Shown: piece after piece, positions 13,804 to 25,587 of the stretch
Position numbering within the stretch: position 1 is the first letter of the stretch
Layout of the letters: each line of letters starts with the position of its first letter
Assembly: GCF_040938485.1 (NCBI RefSeq)
Contig: NW_027271682.1
Span: 3,658,001 to 3,722,000, forward strand
Direction: 5' to 3'
DNA: 64,000 nucleotides
Source of the DNA: Diadema antillarum
Lineage: Eukaryota
The notes under the pieces: model-generated
The model's database searches: none
Told to the model about the DNA's origin: nothing
Seen by the model: only the letters and a program-made list of their open reading frames with translations
Position numbers and translations under genes: made by a program

Positions 13804-14018
13804 TACTGTAAAAGTGGTTTCTTTCGCGGTGGTTTTATTTTCGCACTTTTCTCGCTTTGAGGGTGAATCGTGAATTTAACATCACGCGAAAATGTTTTGA
13901 ACTCGTCACTTGTTAAAACGCTATCATTACCAACCGCGAATTTAAACACACGTGAAAAAGTCAGTGCCGGTGGAAACCGCGAAAGTTTCTTTACGCGAAC
14001 AAAACCACTTTTACAGTA
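13804..14018. mobile_element. Related TA-target MITE (different subfamily)
   Basis: TIRs TACTGTAAAAGTGGTTT / AAACCACTTTTACAGTA, CGCG-rich interior. Confidence 0.82.
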
Positions 14019-15890
14019 GCTATATGATGAATTTATACGTCTGAACGCTGACTAACGAAATGACATATAACGAAACGACGTATAGCGAAACGACGGTCAG
14101 AGCATCGTTTTGAACTAGAACTCGATGACGAATCAGCGTTCCATCATGTCCATTATGTATTTGAACGTATGGTGACCATAGATCGGTGTAACTGGGTGGG
14201 GCTTAAAGGGAGCGCGCACGAACTGGTGACCCCACAGCTGTCACTCATGACCATAACAGCACGCGCAGTGGGAAACTGCACATCTATACAACATTTTCCG
14301 GCACAGTCGAGATTAGCGTCTGAACGGTCTATCGGGTATACGATGATTCTTTATACGTCATTTCCTTATCAAGTTTTGGTATAAACTGGCTTGCGTCTGA
14401 ACAGGGTGTCTTTCTCTCATCTCTGTCTCTCCTTCTCTTTCTCTATTTTCATCTCTCCCTCTATTTCTCTTCTGTGATATGAATATGATCACTTGATCTC
14501 CGGGAATGATGAAAATATGGGTGGTGCAAAGTGATGGCTGGCATTCACTTGTCATTCTGAGGGCAAACAATTCGTCCGCAGACCATCCCCCCTCCCCCCC
14601 CCCCCCCCCCTCCCCCCAGCGCTCATCCCATATATTTTCCTGGTAATGAAAGCGTGCAATCTGTACAGGTTCATCTAAAGTTTCTTCCATGCACCCATCT
14701 ACTTGGAAAGACTGTGGATATGATATGGTATTATTGATTGTGCAGAAGCACTATGTTCAAGCAGATACTTCGAAATCCTATATTTGTTGGTATTAAAGCC
14801 AAATATCTTATTTGTTTGTTTATTTGTTATTTTGTTTATTTAGTTTATTTTTTAAGCCATTAATGCCCCATGACAAGCTCTTCCAATTTTGCCAAATTGA
14901 TGCTGGGTATTTGGGCAACGTCAGCCACGTACCTGTGTGTAAACCAGGGGAAAATGAAAGTACTTTTTGAAATTCCTCTGACCATTTTCGAACATTTGTG
15001 GCATCTTCAAGTTGCTTTCAAGTGAAAGTTCATTCCAGTGCAAGTTGACTTCATTATCAACTACTTAGTCAAATGGATGGAACAGTGAAAGTTTCATTAA
15101 AACTGTACAAAACTGACAGAGTAATCTAATTTTGAAATTTAGCATATTTTCATAATGCAGAATTATTATGTGTGCAAATTAGACATGATATTGTCACCTC
15201 AAAACTTCTGTCTGCTTGTGCAATAAAAAAAGACGAAAATCATTCTTTTCATCAATAATTCAGCAATTACAATATACTTATGATTCCATCTTAAAATGAC
15301 TGATGCATGAACCATGGTTTCACACTACCACAAACCATGTACCATGATGTTTTCCAAACTGAGCCACGATCTTTTCCCATCCTCACAATTCAATTCAAGC
15401 ATGGTTCTTTTTTTTTTTGTAGACTGGACTAGGCTTTTCTTTATAGTCAACTCAGAAGTCCTTGTCAAAGGAAACAAGGCAGAGAGAGAAAAGTGTTTCA
15501 GCGTCCCGACCTGACACAGAGTTACCTCCTTTTGAGTTCTCTCTGTCAATATTTGGTATGTTTCCACTCAGAAAGGATTATAGCAGTCCTCATTTCAAAA
15601 GGATTATCATGTCTCTACAGAAAAAGACTATACATTTCTTCAAATAAGAATTCAGCCAGGTAAATGTGACAGAATTGCCAATCTGGGGTAAAAATGTTAC
15701 ATTTACTTAACTATCTAAATATGACAGAAAAAGAGGCAATTATGGGGATGATGGACAATGTAAAGAAGAAAAAGTGTTCCAGAAGGTTTCAAGCATAATG
15801 AATATATTCCAGGATTTAAAGACAAGCCATGTAGCAAACAAAGTTTCCAATTTCTGATTCACTGTGACACTGAAGCAGTTAGATGATGAA

Positions 15891-15950
15891 AGTGTACCAC
15901 TACCGGGCTAGCAATCCGGAGGTCTAGGGTCGGAATCCCGATGGAATCCC
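15891..15950 (+). mobile_element. Possible tRNA-derived SINE head fragment
   Basis: accgggctagcaatccggaggtctagggtcggaatccc resembles a tRNA anticodon arm plus B box; no cloverleaf ends. Confidence 0.35.
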
Positions 15951-17652
15951 ATTTTCTTTGCTCATTTTTCCACTAATGAAATACAGAGGTGACGGCAGGA
16001 CACTTTGCAGGTATCCAGAGGATTCCTGAAGAATTCTTTTATTTTCTTGCAGTAAACACACCTTTGCGACATGAGCTGTTACTGCCACATGTTCTTGATA
16101 AGATATCAAGCAGAAGGCGATTCCAGAAATAGAAGTGTGATAAATGTAAACACTGTTGAATCATTTTGTCAGTAGTCATTTGAGGGCATTGTCTATGACA
16201 CAGTGCTTCTTCTTCAAATGTTACCTCTGAAGGGCTGTGCAATAATGACAGCCAATCAAAGGAAATGAGGGCAATGTACAAATATAATTATTCAGTCAAG
16301 CAACTATACGTGACGGAAGGATAATGTTGTATACTAACAGGAGGAAAGAGACAGAGTCACAGAGGAAAGAAAGAGTTAAGGGCCATTTCCTCTTACCGAT
16401 ACAAATGCTATAAAGAAATGAATTTTTTTTAAATAAAAAATTTGCAGTGGATTTTAGGGCCATTCATATTGCAATAATTTCAAAATTTTGGTCCTGATCA
16501 TGACCCAAAATAACAGGCTATTTTATATGCAATGAGAATGGTACTAAAACTATCCAACTGTTCCCAAACTCTCAGGAAAATGCTTCAGAAAAAACAAAAC
16601 AAAAACTTACTTCCTTCGGGCAGAATGGGGTTTTTCAGAAACTCTGCTTGAAACTCCAAAGGGTTGGGTAACAAGCTTGGCATTTTCACTGCAAAATGAT
16701 TGTAATTTTTTTGGTCATATGACTTTTGGCACTGCTTGATTGTAACCCTAGTCTCCCTTGCTAATTTTTTTGTCGCATGACAGACGATTGTTCCACCAGT
16801 GGTGTGAAGGGTATGAGCATGTGCATCAATTTTTGTGTTGCGCAGACTGCATTTTTGTTCTTTTTTTTTTTCAGGGTCATTAGCTGACTAAAAGTACACT
16901 GCTTGTTTACAAAATCTCTTACCTGCATCTGACACTTCTCTTGTGGAAGTCGGAATGTGGAGCACACTTACTTTTTTTTTTTTTACTTGCTCCCCAAATT
17001 AGTGCCCTCAGGGAAATACAAAGTGGTCATAATTTGCATGTGCCACACTCCAAATTAGCAACACATTGTCTGGGAGACTCCGGGGGATGACTAGTTCTTC
17101 CTTAGTGAAAGTGCAGGGCAGAAAGTAGATGTTAGCGATTTATTTTATTTTTTTCTCCTCAGTCTTTCGTAGTTCTCGTTGCGCGCAGTATGATTCATAC
17201 AGGGCATTTACACTTATATAGTACAGGAAACATGATCTCAGATTAACTCTTGGCTGTTTTGTGTTGTTAGTTTACGCAGGGATCTTCTCACGTTTCTTGT
17301 TCTGCAGCTGAAAATATCGCAAACAGATGTTGCTTGTACTATATCTACCATATGTGAGAGATAGCTTACCTGTGGGGTCTTTTCAACTAATCACAAAAAG
17401 TGTGTGGAATGTGTCAAAACTTGTCTGTTTGCCCTTTTTTGACAGTAACCATTCATTTATTTCCGTATCAATCAGTAATAACGGACACTGGAGGACTATT
17501 GCTGCTGCAGAGATATCAGCCGCCCTTCTGTACAATGTATCTGTGCATAACCATGAGATTGATGGAACATCAATGTTACAAACCAGCAGTGTGTGATGTG
17601 TGTGTGTGTGCCATAAGAAGTGAGAGAATTCCCTGCATTTCCTTGTATCATT

Positions 17653-18660
17653 TTTAGCTCACTTGAGCCGAAGGCTCAAGTGAGCTATTGCGATCGCTCT
17701 TTGTCCGGCGTCCGTCGTGTGTCGTCCGGCGTCCGTTGTCTGTAAACTTTTTACATTTTCATCTTCTTCTTGAGAACCCCATGACCGATTTTCACCAAAC
17801 TTGGCAGGTAGCATCCCTAGAGGAAAAGGATCTCAATTTGTTCGAATAGGTGCCATGCCCCACCTGGGGGGCCCCCCAGAGGGGCCCACCCCCCCCCCCA
17901 AATTAAGGAATCTTAAAAAATCTTCTTCTCTAGAACCAGAAGTGATAGAGCTAAGTTAATACTCTGAGTTAGTACATTGATGACTGTAGTTTCATGTTTG
18001 TTCATGGCGGGATCAGGGGTGCCCCCCCCCCCCCCCCCCCCTTGGGACCCAGGGGAAGGGGTGGGGAGGGGTCCTTATGGGGCCCAAATTGTACATTTTC
18101 ATCTATTTCTTGAAAATGCCACAATGAATTTTCACCAAACTTGGCAGGTAGCATCCCTAGGGGGATTGAATCTCATTCTCATCAAGTGGGCCCACCTGGG
18201 GGCCCCAGGTGGCCTAAATTGGAGCCTAAATTATAAATATCCCTCTTTTTCTTGAAAACCCCATAATGAATTTTCACCAAACTTGGCAGGGGCAGGGGGC
18301 CCAACCCACCCCACCCCTAAGTAAGGAATCTTTCTCTAGAACCAGAAATGATTGAGCTAAGTTAATAAAATGAGTCAGTATATTGATGACTGTTGTTTCA
18401 AACCTCCTAAATTAAGGAATATTCAATAATATTCTTCTCTAGAATCAGAAGTGCAAACTGCATAGTCCAACATTCTATAAAGTACAGTGTACTTGGCAGG
18501 TATAAATGTGATGGAATATGCAAATGGACACCATTCCCTCAGCTCTCAAAGCTACCCCCACCACAAGTTTCCATGTTCTCAGGTATTAGAGTCTGCAAGA
18601 ATGCATGGAAGGTGAACTTGCGATACTCAGGTGAGCACGAGACCCCCCGGGTCTCTTGTC
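17653..18660 (+). mobile_element. Helentron-associated non-autonomous element (HINE / DINE-1 / Tsp-Pearl type)
   Basis: Starts in a T run with the hairpin agctcacttgagc-cgaag-gctcaagtgagct, then a (CGTC)-type microsatellite and three internal repeats (ttttcaccaaacttggcagg at about 17789, 18129 and 18271). 3' subTIR ctcaggtgagc at 18626-18636, hairpin gagaccc-ccc-gggtctc, ends next to T-rich sequence. Confidence 0.72.
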
Positions 18661-19845
18661 TTCTTCTTCTTTTTTTTTTTTTGCAAAGGGCAAATGTATC
18701 TTTCAGTTGTTTTGGAGAAGGAGATTTCTATGAATCAGATGTTCAATATGATTGGACTGTGATATATTTTACTTGTGTGATTTTATAGCATAGATATGTC
18801 CATGTTTAGTATCAGATGTACATAGGCCTCCTGAACGATCTTCAGTTCATGATCAAGGTGATGTTTTGCAGATGAGGGGTCTACCATCCTTGGAGAAAGC
18901 CCTAGTCCTTGGAGAATACAAAGGCATTTTATTTAGATACTCCCTCCCCCATCCCATGATTGATGTTTGAATTGTGACCAAAATTGCTCGAATTCTTACA
19001 CGTTCATGTTTCACTCAATGAGGCGGGGCCTGTCAGTTAAGCCAAGTTTATTAGATTTTGGTGGCGGAAACCAGGTAACATCCTGCCCATGTCTCAATTA
19101 CACCAATGCGATGTTAAAGATGAAAGAGGGGCATAGAGAGGGTTTCACACCTGCAGAAGAGTTCGTTTGCAATCGCATTGCTGAAATGTCGTTCGATCTA
19201 AACTTGTTTAGAGTGAGAGACGGTTCAGACGCTGAAACGAGTCCTCCTCCACAGACTGCTAACTGCCAGTGACAGTCCGTATAGCAGCTGCAACACGAAC
19301 TCTATGACCGGTCAACCAAACGAGTAACTGTCAATATGTTTTAGTACATGCAAGAATATGCATCAATGGTGCATGTACCAAGTCAGAAGTAAACACACAT
19401 GGTTGAACTATAAGGTCCATCCTGTATATTCAAGCAAATCTGGAATGGAAATTACCTCTTGATCACCGAGTAAATGTAGAAAAGAAATATGTTTTTTTGA
19501 GGGAAAGTGTGATTCAATTATAGTTGCATTCAAACTTGCAAAATATCAGTCGATTGGTTAGAAAGATGTTTCCTGACACATTTACAATGAAGTTCCCTGC
19601 TGATGTGAAAGGGCTCAAAGAGAGACAGGGGAATCCGAGAATCATACAGAAAAAGGTAGACAAATAAAAAGAGAGGGGGAGGGAAGGGGAGGGAGAGAGG
19701 AAGAAAGGGTAGGTTTAGGAGAAGGAGAAAAGGGAACAAGACCTCAAGAATGAGATGTCACTATTGTCGGAGTGAGAAGGAGAAAAGCATCTTAAGTAAA
19801 AGAAGTAGAACTCCATAGTAACTGCCATAGCAACTGCCAAGAAGG

Positions 19846-19905
19846 AGGAGGAGGAGGAGGAGAAGGAAGATGAGGAAGTAGTAGTAGCAGCAGCAGAGGA
19901 GCATA
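19846..19905. repeat. Compound trinucleotide microsatellite (GAG/GAA/GTA/GCA)
   Basis: gaggaggaggaggaggagaaggaagatgaggaagtagtagtagcagcagcagagg. Confidence 0.85.
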
Positions 19906-19928
19906 GCAGCATCGATACTAATATTACA

Positions 19929-20320
19929 TTAAAGGGTGTGTACAGTTCTGGTTGAGGTGAGGATTTAGCTTTTAATGTTTTGCAAGATATTCAGAAACCA
20001 CTCTATTAGATGTCAAAGAGCATGCAATTCCATGGCGTATCAAAAGTTTATTCGATGAAAATTGGTTTTGAAATGGCTGAGATATCCAAAAACAAGGTGA
20101 AACAAAGAGATCCTAATAAAGTTGTGGCATGTCGCCTTTTATTATTATCACTTTTTTTGGATATCTCAGCCATTTGAAAACCAATTTTCATTAAATAAAC
20201 GTTGAACCCTTCTTAAAATTACAGGCTCTTTCATATTTCATAAGAGGTTTCTCATTATCTCACTTAGGAATGTGCAAAACATTAATCCCCACCTCAACCA
20301 GTACTGTACAGTCCCTTTAA
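19929..20320 (+). mobile_element. About 384-bp TTAA-target MITE, Kolobok-like, copy 1
   Basis: TTAA|AGGG..TACAGT.CTGGTTGAGGTG ... CACCTCAACCAG.ACTGTACA.TCCCT|TTAA; 5'-AG..CT-3' ends; internal inverted repeat aaaattggttttgaaatggctgagatatcc. Confidence 0.82.
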
Positions 20321-21621
20321 GTAACAGCATTGCTGCAGTATTATATTACTTTTTACTACTGCTGCTGCTGCTACTGGGACTACTACTGATAATGTATACC
20401 AGTACTTTGTAAGTAAAAGTTTTAATAGCATTAATGTGAATATAGTTGACCAGCATTTTGATTTGTTCCTCACATGACCTTTCACTCCATGTATAAGGAT
20501 ACATTTATTATGTGTTGTCTTGTTCATGTCTTGTTAATATCCAAAATTACAACCTGGGATTACACTGTACATGCTCATATAGGCTTACTTACCAGCCACA
20601 CCTGCACCAACATTTATACATTTCATCTAAATCTATTTGAGTGTGTGTGAAGCTCCTGTCCCAATTTTGAGAGGAGTATTATTTTTAAAGAACAAACATT
20701 TAAAATCGTCTATTCCAACCCATTCTTTTGACCATTTAAATCAGACTGTGCCCAGATGTCTGCCTTTAATACCATTGGACTTGTACCAACCATCACAAAT
20801 GCAGATTTCCACTTCTTTCACATTTTGTCATACACACATAAATGACAACTGATGGTACCTTTAACCAGGTATCAGCAGAAATGATTGAGGAGCTTTTAAG
20901 ATCTGGGATGAAGTACCGCATCTTAGGGGTTGTCACCTTGGATAGATGGGTTTTGAGCTCCTAGATCCAGACATTGGTAGATGGATGCTGGACAGCTGGG
21001 CAGAAGGCAGAGGAATGATTACAAGCAAAGTGGTTTCCACTCAACTGCTCTCGAAACTCCACGGCGACAGTGGCACGCGTCCGCAAGCTGTGCTATTATA
21101 ATCCCATCAAAGATGTAGAGTGCTTTACGGCACTGACCTCAACAAAAGTCCATCCCACTTGTTAGAGATGACATATGAGCATGGGTTGATGGAGGTCTCA
21201 ATGTCATTCAAAAAAAAGAATGTGTGTTGAATACAAAAACTTTTGTGGCCTCCAGGCTTGTTTAAAACACATAAAGAAGCCTAAAAAACATTCAGTGTTA
21301 ATCCAATGTAACATTATACTTTCGAGATTGTTTACAACTATTCTTTTCCACCCTCATGAAGTGTTTTTAGAAGGTAAAAGCCTTACAAAAAAGGACCTGT
21401 CTACAGTTCAAGAGCTAGTGAACATTTTCTGTGAGGGCAAGTACTTTTGATTTAATGTCTAACATTGTAGGCCAATAATGGGTTGGACGCTAAGTTTTTA
21501 AAATATCCTAGGGGGGAAAATGGCTTATGAAAGTGTAAAGAAAACAGAATCATGGATATGATTTCATAGCATTCAGACATCTTGTGACCTCCCAGTAGGT
21601 GGCATCTTTCAAAAATCTGAA

Positions 21622-21713
21622 TTAACCTGTTGAAGACGGGCTGATTTCGGTACAACATGCATTTCCCATAGACCCCTGCCCGTATTTCTCAGGACTTGTC
21701 CTCAATGAGTTAA
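21622..21713 (+). mobile_element. 85-bp piggyBac-like MITE, copy 2
   Basis: Same internal sequence (gattt..tacaacatgcatttcccatagac), TTAA on both sides, diverged TIRs. Confidence 0.8.
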
Positions 21714-22141
21714 TTAAAGTGTAAATCCTCCTAACGTCCAGGTTGACTCTTTTGAAGTAAGTAAAACCAGAAAGAACAAAAAAATAATTTTCAGTGTTTC
21801 ATTATATAACACCTAGGAAGTGAAATAAGAAAGTCATTGATTGTCCCAATATCTTTCAAATGCTGAGACAATGCAATTTTAAGTCTCATTGTGATAAGAA
21901 GAAATATAATGGTGCATATATCATAATTGTGCAGTTTTCTAGTTGAGAATGGCAGTGGGAATGGTCAAGACACACTACTCAGAGAAGGCACACTAATCAC
22001 AATCCGTCATGTATTGGACACTGCAATAATGGTTTCGTACAATACGTGTATATTGATTCTCACGGTACCGCGTCGAGTAAAACTAACGGCTCGTTCGAAT
22101 TTTTCAGTTGTACCCGTGGACAGTATTCATTTTAAAGATAA

Positions 22142-22836
22142 TATGTGACAGTGCACCTCAAAACGAACATAAAGTCGCACACACTGATTTTGCGTGAGAA
22201 CTGAAAATAAGTGAAATGGGTCAACCTAGCCGAACTTGACTTTTTCATATTTTCTAAAAGAGCGGGTCTTCTTTTACATTATGCTAAAATTTGGTATCAT
22301 AAAACGGGCAGGAAAGTGTGTTTTTTTAGCAGTTTATGTCGACCATTATTGGTAGAATAGTGTGATTAGGTGTGTCTTTAGAATTCCTTTTTCATTTCTG
22401 AAAAACCTTGTCCACACTCTTCACTTTCAACTCTAATAACTTTTGTAAAGATAGTGTTGCTGCTTTGAAAGTTAGCATTAATTATGGACAGAATGTGTTA
22501 ATGAGGCATGCTTAATTTCAGTTTAATCTGATAATCCCTTCATTGTTGTTACTCTGGTGGTTTACTTCCTGTTTTTTGTCCCATTCATCGCACAGCCAGC
22601 ACGGTTTGGTAAAGATTAAGCGCTTGAATAGACACTGTACTTCAGAGCCTCTTTTCTCAGTACACACTTTTCCTGAGTTTGTGCTTTCTTTCCAATATTT
22701 AGATAGGTTAGGAGAGTCCATTTGATTTGAGTTATACATCATTTTAAAGCTTAAAGTCTGCTCTTTCAGAATATGGTCTTAACTAAAAATTCATGTCTGG
22801 CGACTTTTTGTTTGTTTTGAGGTGCAGGGTCACATA
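22142..22836. mobile_element. About 690-bp TA-target MITE nested in the left arm of the foldback element
   Basis: TIRs TGTGAC..TGCACCTCAAAAC.AACA.AAAGTCGC and their reverse complement; TA on both sides; removing it restores the host arm. Confidence 0.8.
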
Positions 22837-22933
22837 TAAAGTTTTGGTACCTCAAAAGTTTCCCTGATTTTCCTTGTCTTAGTTTGTGTTTCAGGTTAAA
22901 GAACCTTTCATATAACTAACACTGTGAGACTTA

Positions 22934-23305
22934 TACCCCTTTCATGAACTCATCCTCCAATTATCCGCCTAAGAATAATGCGGACATTTCAATAAAAAAT
23001 GCGTTCACAAACTCTGAAAATTATCCGCATTATTTTTACGAGCGCCTGTCCTGAAAAAGGCGGATGATCGTCATGGTGACTGCACACGTCCCTCCTGCGG
23101 GAAAGACAGGTGACGTTTGACCGCACCCCGGCAATTATCTGCGTTATTTGGGTTTGCGTTCATAAACTCCAAATCTGGTCCCGATGCTGCTATTATGCGG
23201 ATAATAGAAGGGTTGGAAAAAAAAGCGGATTATTCTTCCCCTGCTCCGATTTTACGACCAAATGATGCGGATATTATCCGCATTATTGAGTTTATGAAAG
23301 GGGTA
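22934..23305. mobile_element. About 370-bp CpG-rich MITE nested in the same arm
   Basis: TIRs TACCCCTTTCAT(G/A)AACTC, repeated ATTATCCGC/GCGGATAAT motifs, flanked by TTA/TAA. Confidence 0.78.
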
Positions 23306-24117
23306 TAACACGCCCCAAAGTGCTCTCATGTCTTAGAAAGAGAATCATGCAATAATGGTTTCGTACCAGAGCAGAGCGGGCTCTGAAAAATTCGAACGAG
23401 CCGTTAGTTTTACTCGACGCGGTACCGTGAGAATCAATATACACATATCGTACGAAACCATTATTGCATGATTACTAAGACATGAGAGCACTTTGGGGCG
23501 AGTAAGTCTCACAGTGTTAGTTATATGAAAGGTACTTTTCCTGAAACACAAACTAAGACAAGGAAACTCAGGGAAACTTTTGAGGTACCAAAACTTTACA
23601 TTATCTTTAAAACATTCTTATGTGATGGCCAAGGACTTGAATGGAACCCCAAAGGCCATTGTGGTTCTTTTTTTGTTTTGTTTTGTTTCGTTTGTTTGTT
23701 TGTTTGTTTGTTTGTTTTTGTTTGGCTGATTTTGTGTGTGTGTGTGTTTCCCTATAGCCTCTGTCTTTAAAATGAATCTTTCTGTGTGGGCTGGTGTAAT
23801 GACTTTACTGTAGTTTTTTTCAGTATATGAGTGTGTGCATATGTTAGAGTAAATGGTTGCTTTTAGTTACATATTGCTCTTTTCATACATGACATGAGCC
23901 ATGAATTGAACCTCAACAAAACAAAACTGCACAGAGAGACGGCTCTGGCATGTGGCTCATTGCCTGGGACTTGGTGGTTGTTAGTTATTCACACATGCTC
24001 AGAAGAGGGCAGCATTCGTCATATGGCTGTGATGCCCCATGTACACAGCAGTCTGTCAAACCAAAAAGTCTTTCATAGAAGTGGGGTTTTTCTTAGGTAC
24101 ACCACACTGCCTTGACT

Positions 24118-24210
24118 TTAACCCGTTGAGGACGAGTCCTGAGTATACTCGGGCAGGTGTCTATGGGAAATGCCTGTTGTAGCAAAATCAGTCTGTCCTC
24201 AACAGGTTAA
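24118..24210 (-). mobile_element. 85-bp piggyBac-like MITE, copy 3 (reverse orientation)
   Basis: TTAA CCCGTTGAGGACGAGTCC...GTCCTCAACAGG TTAA. Confidence 0.85.
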
Positions 24211-24345
24211 ACATCATTGTATGGATGCAAGAACACTCACATATTTGTTTGTTTTTTGTCACTGTCTTATATTTAAAAACAACAACAAAAAGTTGAGCAG
24301 TTTTTGTATATTTAGTGCCTTTGTTGGTTTCTTACGTCATTTAAT

Positions 24346-24386
24346 ACACACACACACACACGCACACACACACACACACACACACA
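24346..24386. repeat. (CA)n microsatellite
   Basis: Directly visible between two piggyBac-like MITEs. Confidence 0.95.
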
Positions 24387-24392
24387 AACAAC

Positions 24393-24485
24393 TTAACCTG
24401 TTGAGGACGATTTGATTTTGCTACAACACGCATTTCCCTTAGACGCTTGCCCGAGTATACTCGGGACTCGTCCTCAATGGGTTAA
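24393..24485 (+). mobile_element. 85-bp piggyBac-like MITE, copy 4
   Basis: TTAA CCTGTTGAGGACG...CGTCCTCAATGGG TTAA. Confidence 0.85.
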
Positions 24486-24841
24486 GTGCATGTTCTGCCT
24501 TGCATTGATTAATTTACATATATACACTGTAGGCTTATATGGCAGTACTGTTTCAGCGTATAATAACCTTATTCACCCTTTTCCATGCAAGGGAATTTGA
24601 AAAGTGTGTATAAGGCTTTGGGATGTTCTGTGCCAATAGGCACCCAAATTACCTTAAGATATAAAGAAAGCATGCAAGTTCTCTATAGTTATCTCACAGT
24701 ATTCAAACATCCAAGAGATGTTTCGAAGAGAATGTAGCCTATTTGAATATACCATTCTTCTCTGGTGCGTGAGATGAGATGTGACTGCGTTGCTAACGAT
24801 GTCATCTATGCAAATTCTCTTCCCTCATCACACACACACAG

Positions 24842-24959
24842 GTCTTCCTGTTTGACAGCAGGGTCTCCAGGGAGAAGGTGCACTACCAGTACCTCGCCCC
24901 GCTCTCCCACGGCTGGAAGACCAGAGGATGGAGCAGGTGTTCCGCTTCCTGTGGAGGAG
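24842..24959 (+). CDS. ADAMTSL1/3: Internal exon: end of spacer plus first half of a TSR, phase 0 to phase 1
   Basis: Translates VFLFDSRVSREKVHYQYLAPLSHGWKTRGWSRCSASCGGG (WxxxxWSxCSxSCGGG). In frame with the previous exon. TGCTAAC at 24791-24797, acceptor CAG|G at 24839-24842, donor G|GTAAGA at 24960. Confidence 0.93.
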
Positions 24960-25063
24960 GTAAGAATCACAGGGTTCATCTCATCACAGGCACAACTGTG
25001 CCAACTTTTGAAAAAGTGCGGTCACCATGGCAACAACCAAACCCATATTCCAGCATCCAACCC

Positions 25064-25090
25064 TGTATGTGTGTGTGTGTGTGTGTGTGT
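25064..25090. repeat. (TG)n microsatellite about 105 bp downstream of the 24842 exon
   Basis: Directly visible. Confidence 0.92.
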
Positions 25091-25500
25091 ATGCCCGTGC
25101 AGGTGGCTATAGCTCGCTCTACTACATGTCGACATCTGACTTATTACCCCTAAACTTGGCTATAATCTCAAGTCAGGCACGCTCACCAGGGAGCAGTGCA
25201 ATGGAACAATCTCATACAAAGGCTATTGTGATGCAATAGTAATCATTGACAAGTGCCCCCTTTCATATCATTTAGCATTCAGTTTAACCATTTCTGTGCT
25301 AGGGACTTTGGACAATGTGTACAATGCTATTGGATCTCCTGAACCCATCGGCACCCAGAACATACAAAAGGGTTAAGGGCATCTGTTCTGATTGATGAAG
25401 TAAGAATGCGTGTAGATGTGCCAAACAATGAACAAACCACACAGTGAAAGCTGAGCATTTTACTTGCCTTTGTGTGGCACTAGTTGATGTTTAGAATATT

Positions 25501-25587
25501 TTAATGTTGTGGACCAAGTATGGTCATATCTTCAGAGCTGTGGGAAATGCGTGCTGTAGCAAAATCAGTCCGTCCTCAACGGGTGAA
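25501..25587 (-). mobile_element. 85-bp piggyBac-like MITE, copy 5 (left half degraded)
   Basis: tgggaaatgcgtgctgtagcaaaatcagtccgtcctcaacggg matches the family in reverse orientation. Confidence 0.7.

Larger units (their letters stand above)
22132..23610. mobile_element. TTAA-target foldback MITE (about 400 bp, arms about 155 bp) interrupted by two other MITEs
   Basis: Left arm agataat^aaagttttggtacctcaaaag...gagactta^cacgccccaaagtgctctcatgtcttag...gcaataatggtttcgtac is mirrored uninterrupted at 23450-23606; TTAA at 22132 and 23607. Confidence 0.8.
7579..24841 (+). other. Intron (17,263 bp, GT-AG, phase 0)
   Basis: Bounded by GTGAGT and CAG of two exons that join in frame. Confidence 0.88.
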
